Virus record (IMG/VR): IMGVR_UViG_3300027749_000042
DNA from: a virus
Direction: 5' to 3' (one strand)
Length of the DNA stretch: 64,000 bases
The notes beneath the pieces were generated by a model that searched no databases, was not told the origin of the DNA, and was given only the letters and a program-made list of their open reading frames with translations. A program made the translations under genes and the position numbers. This document shows, in pieces, positions 63,135 through 64,000 of the stretch; positions within the stretch are counted from its first letter, which is position 1, and every line of letters starts with the position of its first letter.

Positions 63135-63563
63135 ATGGTCAAAAAGTTACCACCATCGCTTACCAAAACGTCTTATAGGGACTTTGATCTGTCCTTTAAG
63201 AAGCATCCTGTCACGGGAAAATTGTTGGTAAAGAAAGACGATGATGCTGTTAAACAGGCCGTTAAGAATTTGGTTTTAACAAACAAATACGAGAGACCGT
63301 TTAGCCCAGAATTTGGGGGCGACGTTAGATCGAAACTTTTTGAGAACTTTTCGCCATTTATTCAATCCGATATGGAAACGCGAATCAACACCACGCTCAA
63401 AAATTATGAGCCTCGTGTTAAAATTATGAACGATCTTGGTATTGATACCGTAACCGTAATTCCTTACCCTGACTATAATGGTTTAAATGTTACCGTTAGA
63501 TTCAAAGTAATTGCTTCATTGAGCGACGTTTCGCTAGACATTAATCTTAACAGGGTCCACTAA
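63135..63563 (+). CDS. Baseplate wedge protein gp25
   Basis: D.DLSF..HPVT, AVKQAVKNLVLT...ERPF.P.FG, LFE, YEPRV. Confidence 0.95.
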   Translation: MVKKLPPSLTKTSYRDFDLSFKKHPVTGKLLVKKDDDAVKQAVKNLVLTNKYERPFSPEFGGDVRSKLFENFSPFIQSDMETRINTTLKNYEPRVKIMNDLGIDTVTVIPYPDYNGLNVTVRFKVIASLSDVSLDINLNRVH

Positions 63564-64000
63564 TGGCTGCTAATACCGATCTCATCGTAACAGGGTTAGA
63601 TTTTACCGCTATTCGCGCAAATCTACGCAATTTTCTTGCAGCTAAGCCAGAATTTACCGATTATGACTTCCAAGACTCAGCAATGGGCACACTATTGGAT
63701 TTGCTTGCATATAATACCTACTATCAAGCTTTTTATGCCAACATGGCTACCGCTGAGGGTTTTCTTGATAGCGCACAGATTTACGATAGTGTTGTTTCTC
63801 GTGCCAAAGCAATTGGATATCTGCCATCATCCGCACGTGGCGCGACTGCAAATCTTCAGATCATATTTACGGCTAGTGTGGCTACACCTACATTCCGTTC
63901 CATTTTGATACCAAAAAACACTCGATTTACCACAACAATCAACGGCACAGCATATATTTTTGTAACACCACAAACATATACGGTCACTGCAAATTCAACA
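63563..64000 (+). CDS. Baseplate wedge protein gp6 (partial)
   Basis: Read by eye: LDF..I...L..FL....EFTDYDF..S....LLDLLAYNT.Y. Confidence 0.92.
   Translation, partial: MAANTDLIVTGLDFTAIRANLRNFLAAKPEFTDYDFQDSAMGTLLDLLAYNTYYQAFYANMATAEGFLDSAQIYDSVVSRAKAIGYLPSSARGATANLQIIFTASVATPTFRSILIPKNTRFTTTINGTAYIFVTPQTYTVTANST

Noticed and set aside
1-64000. Genome-wide TAG recoding (code 15)
   Set aside because: Core and late genes are full length in code 11, with no in-frame TAG interruptions evident

Overview
This window is a segment of a large T4-like myovirus genome, most likely infecting an alphaproteobacterium (it has a permuted two-piece tmRNA with an ANDN...LAA tag and a tRNA-His lacking G-1). 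Layout: (1) 1-9.7 kb is a tRNA array. It holds 21 complete tRNAs (a 22nd lies at 42.3 kb), including a CUA amber suppressor and three short-arm Leu tRNAs. These are interleaved with about 8 unexplained structured non-coding elements and cargo genes (2OG-Fe(II) oxygenases, HNH, autotransporter-like protein, radical SAM). (2) 10.4-16.8 kb is a sugar module that reads as a full GDP-colitose pathway (Gmd, ColD, ColC) plus a GT11 transferase. (3) 16.8-32 kb holds RNase H, MazG, a sigma70-driven early small-gene region, dNMP kinase, a DenV-like glycosylase and ThyX. (4) 32.2-39.8 kb is a late-promoter-driven CsgF-CsgG-curlin-FecR-curlin-CHASE2/adenylate cyclase operon facing two paralogous small membrane proteins. 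This is the best candidate for a poorly described system, a phage trans-envelope signalling module. (5) 39.8-48.4 kb holds PhoH, an exonuclease, tmRNA, KdsA, gp33, a nucleotidyltransferase, gp59 and gp32. (6) 48.5-64 kb holds tail, baseplate and head-completion genes, with a candidate gp26/gp51 -1 frameshift and a split gp5. All calls come from motif recognition by eye; no searches or folding programs were run.
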